Shown here in pieces: positions 10,835 to 20,931 of a stretch of DNA of 64,000 nucleotides. Source of the DNA: Methanocellales archaeon (GTDB taxonomy: Archaea; Halobacteriota; UBA148; JAUWXC01); assembly GCA_030610945.1 (NCBI GenBank), contig JAUWQV010000001.1:124246-188245 (forward strand). Direction: 5' to 3'. The notes below the pieces were generated by a model. It was not told the DNA's origin. It did not search any database and worked only from the letters and a program-made list of their open reading frames with translations. The stretch's first letter is position 1; each line of letters begins with the position of its first letter. The position numbers and the translations under genes are program-made.

Positions 10835-11242
10835 TTAAACCCCGCTCACCCTGTCAATACCCTTTATCCTGTCAAAATCTGGGTCAAAGCTCGCTATCTT
10901 CTTCACGTCATTTTCCAACATTATCGCTACATGCAAAGAGTCGGCTATTTTGAGATTTCTCTCGCGTTTTATGTCCAGGGCAGAGTAGAACGTCTTTACA
11001 GAAGGCGTCAGAAGCGAGATGTTGGGATGATGTGTTATGAAGTCCAGAGCCGATTTTGTTTTAGTATAAGGCATCTTTTCTTTCTCCAGTACCCACAGAA
11101 GTTCGTGAAGTGTGATGGGGGAGACAAAACCTTTGCCGTTTCCAGTAGCGACTTTCTGGAGCATTGCCTTTGCGTGATTAAAGTTCTCCTCTTTTTTAAG
11201 AAAAACGAGAAATACATTTGTATCTATGTATATATCTTGCAT
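10835..11242 (-). CDS. vapC: VapC PIN toxin
   Basis: IDTNVF, E, D-S-LH, SFDPDFD; TGATG overlap with the antitoxin. Confidence 0.9.
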   Translation of the reverse strand: MQDIYIDTNVFLVFLKKEENFNHAKAMLQKVATGNGKGFVSPITLHELLWVLEKEKMPYTKTKSALDFITHHPNISLLTPSVKTFYSALDIKRERNLKIADSLHVAIMLENDVKKIASFDPDFDRIKGIDRVSGV

Positions 11243-11463
11243 CACTCCCACAGCCTTTCTCTTGCTTCCTTAACGGCCTTCACGGGCTCCTTCACCTTTA
11301 TGGACCCGGCATATTTCTCGTAAAACTCCTCGAGTTTTTCAATCTGAATTTTGTCCTTTTGTGCTTCAAAGACGACGATATCGCCAGCTGATATCCCAAT
11401 TTTCTGCCTGATTTCCCTGGGGATGGTGACCTGATACTTCGTCGATACTTTTGACGATTGCAT
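11242..11463 (-). CDS. AbrB/MazE family antitoxin
   Basis: KVSTKYQVTIPREIR..IGI..GD. Confidence 0.9.
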   Translation of the reverse strand: MQSSKVSTKYQVTIPREIRQKIGISAGDIVVFEAQKDKIQIEKLEEFYEKYAGSIKVKEPVKAVKEARERLWE

Positions 11464-11528
11464 TTCTTACACCCATTTTAAAATAGTATTACGTTTTTTA
11501 AATAGTTTACGGTCTGGAGGGTACTGGT

Positions 11529-12872
11529 CTATTTCCTAAAATACTTCTTCAGAAAAATTCTGAAGTCTTTATCGTCCGTCTTATCCATCCCGCTTATCTT
11601 GGCGATTTGCGCGCCCTTCAGCACCCTATAACCCCTTCCAATCGCCTCCGACACGTGCTTACCCAGCCCGCAGGTTTCCAGTTGGGATTTAAGCAAATCT
11701 TTTGCCTTGGTATGCGCCCTGGGAATCTCCACAACATACGTCCCATCTTCAATGTAAGGATGAAGGTTAGCGTGCTTCGTTTTAAATTTCTCGGCATGCG
11801 CCGCCGATCCAACAGGTGGACCAACATGCTTTTTGATGCTCGGTAGAGAAGCAACCTCCATCTCCAGCAGGATAATTGACTTTGCGCCAGACCAGACGCC
11901 GCTTCTGGACGCCCTGAAATCATTCCTATGAAGTAAGTCTTCTATGGACCTGGCTGCCTTGTACAATTGAGGATAGAGTATATCATCCACGACGTTCGGC
12001 GTATCAAACACGACAGCAAGCAACTCTGTTCCCCTGCGCTTCAACTCCTGGGCTAGCCCCTTATCGGTGAGCGGTTTTACCTGTGGAGGGAAAAAGAAAT
12101 GAATGCTGGGACTCTTTAGAAATTCCCTCGACGCGTCAACAAACGTGCAAAAGTTGTCCAGTGATACGGCCGCTGCAACGTTCCTAGATGGGTCAACGGG
12201 GTCAATGATGGCCAGCGGGGCATCATGCTCGAGAGTTCTGTGATTTTCTATATCAATGACGATGTCCCTGCGCCATTTACTCGCATTCTGCACCACGTCA
12301 AGGAAGGATTTGTATTTGATGATGAGAAGTTCGCAGAGGTAACCAGAGAACCCCATCGTCTTTAACTCTGAGCCGTAGACGCCTATGCCCTTCATGAATT
12401 GTTTGAGCAGGCGCGCCTCATCCTCCAACCCCTTGATTTTCTTCTTAACGTACTCATTATGAAACGGTGTCCGGTCCACAGCAGACCGGATAGCAGAGGC
12501 ATCCCGCACCTCAAAGCAGGGGACTATATCCACTTGGTATTCGCCAAAAAACGCCCGAATGTATGGATGTTCTGCATACCTCTCCTCGTATTTTGGTGCG
12601 ACCTTTTTGGCTATCTCAAGCCCCAGCGACTCGAGCGTTTCGTCTGTCGCAGATTCCGGGAACATGATAAATATATCAAGGTCCCTGTCGCCGGAAATCC
12701 ACGTGTTTCTCGCTGCCGAACCGACCAACAAGGCGTGCGCATCGATGCCGAGTTCTTTTGCGGTTGCGTTGACTTCGGCGATGATTTGATTGGTCAGTCT
12801 CTGCAATACTTCCTCTTCACTTTTACCAGGCGTGACCTTTCGCAGCACCTGAGAGCGCACCTTGTCAATCAC
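11529..12872 (-). CDS. cca: CCA-adding tRNA nucleotidyltransferase (class I)
   Basis: GSAARNTW..DRDLDIF, YAEHPY, SAVDRTPFH, GFSGYLCE. Confidence 0.96.
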   Translation of the reverse strand: MIDKVRSQVLRKVTPGKSEEEVLQRLTNQIIAEVNATAKELGIDAHALLVGSAARNTWISGDRDLDIFIMFPESATDETLESLGLEIAKKVAPKYEERYAEHPYIRAFFGEYQVDIVPCFEVRDASAIRSAVDRTPFHNEYVKKKIKGLEDEARLLKQFMKGIGVYGSELKTMGFSGYLCELLIIKYKSFLDVVQNASKWRRDIVIDIENHRTLEHDAPLAIIDPVDPSRNVAAAVSLDNFCTFVDASREFLKSPSIHFFFPPQVKPLTDKGLAQELKRRGTELLAVVFDTPNVVDDILYPQLYKAARSIEDLLHRNDFRASRSGVWSGAKSIILLEMEVASLPSIKKHVGPPVGSAAHAEKFKTKHANLHPYIEDGTYVVEIPRAHTKAKDLLKSQLETCGLGKHVSEAIGRGYRVLKGAQIAKISGMDKTDDKDFRIFLKKYFRK

Positions 12873-13408
12873 AATCTCACCTCGTGCAGGGCTTCGTAGA
12901 TTGGCCCTTTTGGCGTCAACGTGCTCTTTTTAAGTATGATGTGGTCGACTTTCATCGTCCCTACCTCGACATCAGATAAATCTTTAATAGTGCTAACCAA
13001 CTGCCCTTTCTGATCCATGGGAAGATGTTTAACCCTGGCTATGGTTGCGTGCGCCGCAAAGCGGTTATCTCTCTTAAATCCCAGCGGCTGGAGCACTTCT
13101 TCCACAGCAGTATGCAGGTGGTCAAAATCGCCCTCTGCACCAACCCAGATGACGTTTATGTGTCTTAAACTGGGAAAAACGCCAACACCCCTTACCTCGG
13201 CTTCAAAAGGAGATACATGCACATTCTGCAGCGCATCGCTTATCGGCTTGATTTGCGCCTCTTCTGTATCGCCCAGGAATTTTAGCGTGATGTGCACCTG
13301 TTCAGGCGTTACCACTTTCACACCGTAGTTTGAAAAGTGCTGCTGGAGGTCTGCCACCTTTTCCGTTAGAGCTGCTGGAAAATCCACTGCAATAAAAGTT
13401 CTGATCAT
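12869..13408 (-). CDS. thpR: RNA 2',3'-cyclic phosphodiesterase (2H family)
   Basis: HITLKFLG and HATIAR motifs, SxLTPKGPIY. Confidence 0.93.
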   Translation of the reverse strand: MIRTFIAVDFPAALTEKVADLQQHFSNYGVKVVTPEQVHITLKFLGDTEEAQIKPISDALQNVHVSPFEAEVRGVGVFPSLRHINVIWVGAEGDFDHLHTAVEEVLQPLGFKRDNRFAAHATIARVKHLPMDQKGQLVSTIKDLSDVEVGTMKVDHIILKKSTLTPKGPIYEALHEVRL

Positions 13409-13986
13409 TCTACTCCCAATCTCAGCTGCTGATACCGCGGGTATAGCCCGCTAAGGTCCACTACTTCCCTTATGACACCAGCAAGGATTTCTGCCCCGGT
13501 TTCTATGATGGGATTGTTCCCCTTGTTGACGAAATCATAGGCGGGGTCATCTAATGGGATGTTGATTTTCTTCACCATTGCCCTGTATTCCTTTAGATGC
13601 GGGTCTCTGGATTTTCTGGTCCATTCAGTAGCCATAGGCGATAGTCCGATCGATCGTAACTCCTGTTCAAAGCAGGGCCTTCTGAAGAGGGTGGATAGCA
13701 CATAAACTCCAACGGCAAAGCGCTCGTTTGGCTCTATATCTGGCAAGCGTTCGCCTACAAGGGCATATATGTCCTTGCCCTTGCCACCGACGTATGAATA
13801 TACCTTGGAGGGAGGGATATCCTCTTCTACTAGGTGCCCCAGATCTCTTAGGGCTCTCAAGTATCCTGTCAGGATTAACCTGTGCTGATCGTAACCTTGT
13901 TTCTTGATCTGACGGGTTATGCCACTAATCGAGAGCTTCTTTGCCCCCAGTATCTTGGCCAGAGTATCATAGAATTTCTGCTCCAT
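13405..13986 (-). CDS. Conserved hypothetical protein, probable N-terminal winged helix
   Basis: SISGITR, HRLILTGYLRAL, PPSKVY; co-transcribed with thpR/cca. Confidence 0.6.
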   Translation of the reverse strand: MEQKFYDTLAKILGAKKLSISGITRQIKKQGYDQHRLILTGYLRALRDLGHLVEEDIPPSKVYSYVGGKGKDIYALVGERLPDIEPNERFAVGVYVLSTLFRRPCFEQELRSIGLSPMATEWTRKSRDPHLKEYRAMVKKINIPLDDPAYDFVNKGNNPIIETGAEILAGVIREVVDLSGLYPRYQQLRLGVE

Positions 13987-14123
13987 ATTTCCACCAGAAC
14001 GTTAACTGATAACAGATGTAGTCAACTTGTTACCAGATTTGATAAAACTTTCTATTTTTTATTACCAAACCTGATGTTAAAAATCGTTTTAAACTGCCGC
14101 CAATATAACTCTGAAGGGACATT

Positions 14124-14390
14124 ATGCTTAACTCCACCATGCTCAAAACAATTAATAAGGATGATGAAGAGGTGGTAGTCTACACCACAGAAAGATGTCC
14201 GAGGTGCGAACAGTTAAAGCGTTCGTTAGAGTCGGATGAAGTGCCATATAAAGAAGTAGATATGTCCGCCCCTGCAGCACTCGCTGAACTGAGAGCAAAT
14301 GGTGTGTTCACCACATCTGCGCCAGTGCTGAAGGTTGGAGAGCGATTCTTTACATCCAAGGACTTATTTGAAGGAGAGGAGTCGGATTGA
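14124..14390 (+). CDS. Glutaredoxin/NrdH-like redoxin
   Basis: YTTERCPRC and SAPVL; overlaps nrdD start. Confidence 0.85.
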   Translation: MLNSTMLKTINKDDEEVVVYTTERCPRCEQLKRSLESDEVPYKEVDMSAPAALAELRANGVFTTSAPVLKVGERFFTSKDLFEGEESD

Positions 14391-16657
14391 GCACAGATAT
14401 TAACGTAATCCAGAAAACACTTGAGGGTGCAGAAGCGCCCACAATGCCCAAGATTAGAACATCCGATGGACACATCTTGGATTGGGACAGAGAGGCTATC
14501 GTCAGACAGTTGCTGAAGGAAACAAAACTCAGCGAGGAGTTTTACGGCATCCCCTCTATCGATGAAGAGACAGCTAGAGAGGTGGCAAAGAAGGCGGAAA
14601 AGCGTATTAGGTCGATAGGAGTGAAATACCTCTCTGGGCCGCTGGTAAGAGAGATTGTAAATGTAATTCTATTGGAAGATTATCACCAGGAATGGCGGAA
14701 CATTTCCACAAGGGTTGGCACGCCAGTGTACGATGCCCATATGATAGACATAGGCAACGGCTTTGAGGCTAATGAGAACGCGAACCTGCAGGACAATGCT
14801 GAAACCTCGCACAAGAAGAAGGCAGATAAGATTTCAAAGGAGCAATATTTGTTATTGCTGCCTCCCCACCTATCCGATGCACACCTGAACGGGGACATTC
14901 ACATACATGACCTGGAATACCTTGGTACACGCGGTTTTTGCCAAGATTGGGACCTGCGGTACTTCTTATATTATGGATTGATGCCGGATGGCTCTGGTAC
15001 GAAGGCTAGCGTTGCGGGTCCGGCAAAGAGGGCGGAGGTTGCAATACTGCATGCTGTAAAGGCGTTAGGTAGCGCGCAGACGAATTTTGCGGGCGGACAG
15101 GGCTTCTACAATTTCCTGACGTTTCTCGCCCCCTATTTTGAGGGGTTTTCATATGATGAAATAGAGCAATTGATGCAGATGTTCGTCTACGAAATGACGC
15201 AGATGATGGTGGCCAGAGGGGGGCAAATCGTCTTCAGTTCGGTGCAGCTCACCCCAGGAGTTCCCAAAATATGGAAGGACAAGCCCGCGGTGTATAAGGG
15301 AAAAGTATGGAACGGCGAGCAGGCGCCGCTTAAAACGTATGGCGAGTTTGAGCGCGAAGTACGGCTGGCATTCAAAGCGCTGATGAACGTCATGCTGAAG
15401 GGCGATTACTGGGGCAAGCCGTTCAACTTCCCCAAACCCGAAATCTCCATCGAGCCCGATTTCATGACCGAGAATGAAGAGTTTAACAGAGCCCATCCAG
15501 AGTTGCCGACCTATGGTGAATTGTATGACCTTGCGTTTGAGCTGGCAGCGAAATATGGGTCGCCGTACTTTGACAATCAGCTGCCTGAGTACAGGGGTGC
15601 CGGAAAGGGCATTTCGTGCTATCAATGTTGCGCCTACCACTTTTCCTCTACGGCTGAAGATGATGACGAGTTTGAAGACAAACTGTATTTCAGGAATGGC
15701 AAACATTTCTCAATGGGCGCATGGCAGGTCGTCTCGGTCAACTGTCCCAGGGCGGCGTATAGGGCAGAATATGATGATGAGAGATTGTTCAGCGAGCTGA
15801 AGCGATTGATGGATGTCGCCATCGAATTGTTCAAGGTCAAGAAAAAGTGGATGGACATCGTAATCAAGAACAACAGGATGCCATTCGTCGTACAGCGCCC
15901 AAAGGATTCCCTCACAGGCAAGAAGGGGGATGTGGCAGTTTATACACAGGACCTCGTTTACACGATTGGCGTCGTCGGAATAAACGAGATGGTTCAACAT
16001 CACATAGGTGCACAGCTGCATGAATCCCAGGAAGCGTTCAAACTCGCGATAAGAGCGATGACCGAGATGGAGTTCTATACTAAAGAACTGAGTGAAAAAC
16101 ACAACATGACAATCGCGTTAGCCAGAACGCCGGCTGAAACGACGGCACAGCGATTTGCGGTATCAGACCTTTTACATAGCGATTTTGCAACCTTTGCCGA
16201 AAAAGTCATCAAAGGCGATGTAGAAAAGGCAAAATCCCTCACAAAAGAGACGAGAGATCTGCCAATCTATTACACCAATGGCACGCATACATTCCCAGGT
16301 GCAAACATATCGCTTATCGACAGGATCAACATCGAACACGCGTTCTTCCCCATCGTGGATGGAGGGGATATCCTGCATATATTCATGGGTGAGTCGACTC
16401 CGGATCCAAAAGGGCTGAAGGAGCTCGCCATGAACATCGCAAAGAACACGCAGGCTGGCTATTTTGCGTTTACAAGGGACATGACCCTCTGCATGGATGA
16501 TTTCCACGTCGAAGCCGGTTTACAGGAGACGTGCAGCAACTGCGGGTCGAGCAACGTTGAGCACCTATCACGTGTAACTGGCTATATCCAGGCGGTATCA
16601 GGATGGAACGCTGCCAAGAAGCAGGAGTTGAAGGATAGGGTGAAGTATGAGATTTGA
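14387..16657 (+). CDS. nrdD: Anaerobic (class III) ribonucleoside-triphosphate reductase
   Basis: ATP-cone, HIHDL, CYQCC, TPAE, YYTN, RVTGY glycyl-radical motif. Confidence 0.96.
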   Translation: MSTDINVIQKTLEGAEAPTMPKIRTSDGHILDWDREAIVRQLLKETKLSEEFYGIPSIDEETAREVAKKAEKRIRSIGVKYLSGPLVREIVNVILLEDYHQEWRNISTRVGTPVYDAHMIDIGNGFEANENANLQDNAETSHKKKADKISKEQYLLLLPPHLSDAHLNGDIHIHDLEYLGTRGFCQDWDLRYFLYYGLMPDGSGTKASVAGPAKRAEVAILHAVKALGSAQTNFAGGQGFYNFLTFLAPYFEGFSYDEIEQLMQMFVYEMTQMMVARGGQIVFSSVQLTPGVPKIWKDKPAVYKGKVWNGEQAPLKTYGEFEREVRLAFKALMNVMLKGDYWGKPFNFPKPEISIEPDFMTENEEFNRAHPELPTYGELYDLAFELAAKYGSPYFDNQLPEYRGAGKGISCYQCCAYHFSSTAEDDDEFEDKLYFRNGKHFSMGAWQVVSVNCPRAAYRAEYDDERLFSELKRLMDVAIELFKVKKKWMDIVIKNNRMPFVVQRPKDSLTGKKGDVAVYTQDLVYTIGVVGINEMVQHHIGAQLHESQEAFKLAIRAMTEMEFYTKELSEKHNMTIALARTPAETTAQRFAVSDLLHSDFATFAEKVIKGDVEKAKSLTKETRDLPIYYTNGTHTFPGANISLIDRINIEHAFFPIVDGGDILHIFMGESTPDPKGLKELAMNIAKNTQAGYFAFTRDMTLCMDDFHVEAGLQETCSNCGSSNVEHLSRVTGYIQAVSGWNAAKKQELKDRVKYEI

Positions 16658-16758
16658 GTTTCCCCAAACAAAACCATATTAGATAATTTTAAACCCTGTG
16701 GTGTTAACAACTCATAGCGCACAATGGCGCGATAAAAAGTCAAAATGAGCGTGATTTT

Positions 16759-17490
16759 ATGAAGGTGAACTTCGGCGGCATTGTTCACATATCAACCGTA
16801 GACTGGTACGGCAAGGTTGCCATGGTCATATTTTTCAGAGGCTGCCCATTTAGATGCCCTTACTGCCAGAACTATGCTCTCCTGAAGGAGGAGAACTTCG
16901 TTGATGCGGAGACGATTGAGGCAGAAATTAAAAAGGCGAAAAAATTCGTAAGTGCTGTCGTCTTCTCTGGCGGAGAGCCATTAGCGCAGCCTGAGCAAAT
17001 AAAGCGTCTGGCAGGGTTTGCGAAAAAACTGGGACTTCTCGTTGGCGTGGAAACCAACGGATACTATCCAGAGCAACTCAAGGAATTGATAGACGCAAGA
17101 CTGATCGACAGGGTCTTCCTAGATGTCAAGGCGCCGCTATCCCCGGAAAAATATGAGAGGGTAGCAGGCGTCAGCAATGGAAACGTCGTCGCCTTGGTGA
17201 AACGCTCTCTCGAAGTCAGCAAGAACTTTGACCTGGAAGTCAGGACGACGATTTTCAAGGGCCTCATCTTTAATGAAGAAGACATTAAAGCAATCGCAGA
17301 AGGGATATCGTCTTATGGGAATATCCCATACGTCCTCCAGCAGGGCAGACCTGAGCAGGGATGGAGCGAGGAATTGAAGCAGCATAATCCGCCAAGCAGA
17401 GAAGAGCTTTTGGCGTTAGGGAAGATTGCTAAACAATATCTTAAAAATGTGAAGGTCAGGACAAAAGAGTTTGGTGAGGAATCAGTTTGA
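16759..17490 (+). CDS. nrdG: Anaerobic RNR activating radical SAM enzyme
   Basis: CPFRCPYCQN, SGGEP, ETNG; follows nrdD. Confidence 0.93.
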   Translation: MKVNFGGIVHISTVDWYGKVAMVIFFRGCPFRCPYCQNYALLKEENFVDAETIEAEIKKAKKFVSAVVFSGGEPLAQPEQIKRLAGFAKKLGLLVGVETNGYYPEQLKELIDARLIDRVFLDVKAPLSPEKYERVAGVSNGNVVALVKRSLEVSKNFDLEVRTTIFKGLIFNEEDIKAIAEGISSYGNIPYVLQQGRPEQGWSEELKQHNPPSREELLALGKIAKQYLKNVKVRTKEFGEESV

Positions 17491-18032
17491 AGGTTATCGG
17501 ATTTGTGGGCCTGCCAGCGTCGGGAAAGACAGAGGCAGCCAAGGTGGCACAGGAACTTGGCATCCCAATCATTAGGATGGGGGATGTCGTGCGCGAAGAG
17601 GTAAAAAGAAGAGGGCTGGACATCACCGAGGAGAACGTTGGAAAGGTGGCGAATGATATTAGGGCCAAAGAAGGCATGGGCGCGGTAGCTGTGCGCTGCA
17701 TTCCGCTTATCAAGGCAATGGATGAGGATATAGTCGTAGTCGATGGCTTGCGTGGAGGCGCAGAAGCAGAGGCATACAAGAAGGTATTTGACGCCCAATT
17801 TACGTTGATTGCGATACTTGCTTCCCGGAAAAACAGATTCGCGCGCGCACTTGCACGAAAAAGGAGCGATGATGTAGTTGACTGGGAAGGATTCAAACAG
17901 AAAGATGATAGGGAGTTGCACTGGGGGCTGAAAGAAGCCATAAGGATGGTAAATGTGTTGATAGACAATAACGGCACCCTGGAGGAGTTTAGAGAGAATG
18001 TCAGAGCAGCCCTGGAAGGGATTAAGAACTAA
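17487..18032 (+). CDS. UPF0200 P-loop kinase (dephospho-CoA kinase-like)
   Basis: GLPASGKT, MGDVVR, VDGLR, DDRE. Confidence 0.85.
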   Translation: MKVIGFVGLPASGKTEAAKVAQELGIPIIRMGDVVREEVKRRGLDITEENVGKVANDIRAKEGMGAVAVRCIPLIKAMDEDIVVVDGLRGGAEAEAYKKVFDAQFTLIAILASRKNRFARALARKRSDDVVDWEGFKQKDDRELHWGLKEAIRMVNVLIDNNGTLEEFRENVRAALEGIKN

Positions 18033-18393
18033 GGTCTGGGCACCCGTATATGCGACGGAGAGCGTGGAGAGTGTGGAAAAGGCAATCACAAATATTTTCC
18101 CGGATGCCCGGCTCAACTTTGAGGAGAATAAACTAATCGGAGATGCTTCCCTGGATAAATTACAGGAGTTGCTCAGGAAACAGAAGATACGCAACTCTGC
18201 CAGGACAGTGCTTCTCAACAGCAAAAGAGGGGATAAAATCGAGTTCGACCTCAACAAACAGGTTGCGTTTGTGGGCAAAGTGAATCTTGAAAAGGGTCCG
18301 CTGGGAAGCATTCATGTGAGCGTCGAAACTGATGACCCGGAGGAATTGATAGGGTGGCTTGCATCTTCAAGTGAGGTGAAACATGAGGATTAG
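17998..18393 (+). CDS. UPF0201/DUF54 RNA-binding protein
   Basis: TES..VEKAI.NIFP, QKIRNSAR, LNKQVAFVG; usual neighbour of UPF0200. Confidence 0.85.
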   Translation: MSEQPWKGLRTKVWAPVYATESVESVEKAITNIFPDARLNFEENKLIGDASLDKLQELLRKQKIRNSARTVLLNSKRGDKIEFDLNKQVAFVGKVNLEKGPLGSIHVSVETDDPEELIGWLASSSEVKHED

Positions 18394-19138
18394 TTTTTCA
18401 TCCCTGGCTACGACCAATAACCCGTTTGAGTGGGTGTATAAGTTAGAGGAGATGGGGTTTAGCGGCTGGGAAATTGTTGGTGAGGGCAGGCAGAAGCTCA
18501 CAGAGGAGATGGGCAAAAAAATCAAGGAAGTGCAGGAGGCTACAAATCTGGAATTCACGGTACACCTGCCTTTCTCTGACCTGAATCTCGCTAGTCTGAA
18601 TCAGGGGATATGGGATGAGACTATGAGGCAGATGAACGGCGCCATACGCTCGGTAGGAGATTTCACGGACCTGATGGTCGTGCATCCCGGGCACCTTTCG
18701 CCCTTGGGAGCGGAATTGCCTGACAAGGCGTGGAAGCAGAACATTGTCGGTATACAAAAACTATGCGACGTTGCGGAGGATTATAACGTCACAATATGCG
18801 TGGAGAACATGCCAGACATCGGATTTCTGTTCGGCAAGTTCCCAGAAGAGTTAGTAGGTATGGTAGAAAATGTGGGCAGGGAGAATGTTGGCATCGCCCT
18901 TGACATAGGGCATGCCAATCTTGTGGGCAAATTGGATGAGTTTTTAAATTTGAAGGCAAAACACGTCCACATACATGACAATCTTGGCAAGAGAGATGAC
19001 CATCTTCCGCTTGGGCGCGGCATGATAGATTGGAAGATGGTGATGAAAAAATTAAAAGACCACAAGGGCAGGTTTGTCATCGAGGCTAGAACCCTGGAGG
19101 AAGGAGAAGAAAGCCTGAAATACCTAAGACGGCTTTGA
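18383..19138 (+). CDS. Sugar phosphate isomerase/epimerase (AP endonuclease 2 TIM barrel)
   Basis: VHLPFSDLN, HPG, ENM, DIGHA, HIHDN..DDH. Confidence 0.88.
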   Translation: MRISFSSLATTNNPFEWVYKLEEMGFSGWEIVGEGRQKLTEEMGKKIKEVQEATNLEFTVHLPFSDLNLASLNQGIWDETMRQMNGAIRSVGDFTDLMVVHPGHLSPLGAELPDKAWKQNIVGIQKLCDVAEDYNVTICVENMPDIGFLFGKFPEELVGMVENVGRENVGIALDIGHANLVGKLDEFLNLKAKHVHIHDNLGKRDDHLPLGRGMIDWKMVMKKLKDHKGRFVIEARTLEEGEESLKYLRRL

Positions 19139-20332
19139 TGTGCATAGCTCAATCAATCGCTTCTCGCCGCTGCGTGACCCTCTGGCAATGATTAAATCTC
19201 CCGCCTTAGTGATGGTTTTTCCACCTGGGCGATATACCCACGTATCTGCTCTTCTAATAGCCAGAATGAACATGCCGGTTTCTGTTTCCAGCCTCAACGC
19301 CTTCAATGTATTTCCATCAACTTTAGAGGCGTCTTTTACCTCTATTTTGGCGATAATTTCATCCGACTCCTTGATTGCGAGCATGAATACAGGATGGAGT
19401 TTGATGTCCCTCAAAACAACATCCGCGATTTCGTCAGCTGCATCTGAGATGACCTCTGAGGATGTTGCAAGATGTAGCAATCCTCTCAGGCTGTTCACAT
19501 CATCGACATGCTTTGACGCTGCTAATACCCAGTGCTCTAACTCATATTTCATCTCGTCTATCTGTGCTTCTAATATCTCCACCTCGTGCGCGATCTCCTC
19601 GCTGTAAAAAAGTAGGGCGGAATAAGCAAGCCCGACCGCCAGTTCTGATAGATTTTTCATCTCGATGATGATATCTACGGCTTTAGTAAGATCATTCAAC
19701 AATCTCCCTTTCTTGGGGAGCTTGAACTCACATTTATCCCCTGTGGCCAATTTACATAACATCGCCACCCCTTCATCCGGCCCCTTGGCGAATAAAACGT
19801 CGCCCGCCTCCATGGCCGTCTTTTTATTGGGGTCATATACCCACTCCGCGTTACGTCTGAGCGCTATGACCACCATGCCCGTCTTCGTTTCTAGTTTGAA
19901 CTCACCCAGAGTTTTTCCAGCGAGGGAGGATTTTTCGCTAATCCTGACGCATGTGACGGTTTCTTCTGCACTTGGAATTGCAATTTTCAACTCAGGAGGG
20001 AGGCCCAATTCCCTGAGTACGATGTTGGCAATATCTCCCGCTGCGTTGGATATTTTTTCAGCAGCAGAGGCTATCTGCAGCACGCCAGAAAGCTCCTCTG
20101 CCTCCTCTATGCGCCTGGCACCCAGCATCGCTGTTATGCGTGCATGATAGCTCATAACGTCCATCTCCTCCTCCAGCCGAAGCACTTCTTCGGCGATGTC
20201 CTTGCTGTCATACAGAACAGCGGAATACGCCAGGTCCACCATCAATTCGGAGATGTCCTTCATGTGTTTCAGAAGGTTTTTCATGCCCTGTGGTTCATAT
20301 TCGATTTCTTCAGTCATACCAATCCCAATCAT
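19124..20332 (-). CDS. Duplicated PhoU + TrkA-C (RCK_C) domain protein
   Basis: Two repeats of MKxxSELxVxLAYSA followed by RCK_C (LETxTGM..A.RR). Confidence 0.88.
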   Translation of the reverse strand: MIGIGMTEEIEYEPQGMKNLLKHMKDISELMVDLAYSAVLYDSKDIAEEVLRLEEEMDVMSYHARITAMLGARRIEEAEELSGVLQIASAAEKISNAAGDIANIVLRELGLPPELKIAIPSAEETVTCVRISEKSSLAGKTLGEFKLETKTGMVVIALRRNAEWVYDPNKKTAMEAGDVLFAKGPDEGVAMLCKLATGDKCEFKLPKKGRLLNDLTKAVDIIIEMKNLSELAVGLAYSALLFYSEEIAHEVEILEAQIDEMKYELEHWVLAASKHVDDVNSLRGLLHLATSSEVISDAADEIADVVLRDIKLHPVFMLAIKESDEIIAKIEVKDASKVDGNTLKALRLETETGMFILAIRRADTWVYRPGGKTITKAGDLIIARGSRSGEKRLIELCTSKPS

Positions 20333-20363
20333 TCACTGTGGTTAATAAATGCTTTTCTCCAAT

Positions 20364-20930
20364 TCATAACACCGCCATGATGACGACAAACAGTATCAGG
20401 ATGCCAAACACATCACAAACACTGGTAACTATGGGAATCGTCGTATCATCGGGGTCTATGCCCTTTTTGTACGAAAGAAACGCAGCCAAGACTGTTGTGA
20501 TGATGACAATTAAGATGAGTAAAACGCCTGATATGGAAGATATCAGGACCATTTTAATCAAACCAACGCTCTCAAAGCCCATTAAAACGCAGAATAGGTG
20601 CCCTAAAATCCCGATTGCAAAGAATGAAAGTACACCAACGATGGAAACGCCAAGCACGTTGCTTCTCAACACAGGGTCGGTTGGCGTGAGGCTGATAACA
20701 CCAAGGTGGAGCGCAGATGTAATCCGAGAGCTGAGTATGGCGCCCAGATTTCCGCCCATGCCAATCGTGACCGGGATTAACACGAACAATCCAGGGAACG
20801 TGAACAGGATGTTCTTAAAGGTGTCGAGAGCCAGTCCAGATAAAATTCCAAGGACAGCACAAAATGTGAGCAGGGGGAGCGCGGTTTTCATGATTATTAT
20901 GGCATTGTACCTTTTCACTAAGAGTGCCAA
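20364..20930 (-). CDS. MgtE-family integral membrane subunit
   Basis: GGNLGAILSSR.SALHLG, IDPDD..IP..T..D. Confidence 0.85.
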   Translation of the reverse strand: MALLVKRYNAIIIMKTALPLLTFCAVLGILSGLALDTFKNILFTFPGLFVLIPVTIGMGGNLGAILSSRITSALHLGVISLTPTDPVLRSNVLGVSIVGVLSFFAIGILGHLFCVLMGFESVGLIKMVLISSISGVLLILIVIITTVLAAFLSYKKGIDPDDTTIPIVTSVCDVFGILILFVVIMAVL

Positions 20931-20931
20931 C

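Noticed and set aside
17313..18311. 332-aa minus-strand ORF
   Set aside because: Antisense shadow of nrdG/UPF0200/DUF54 with no recognisable motifs.
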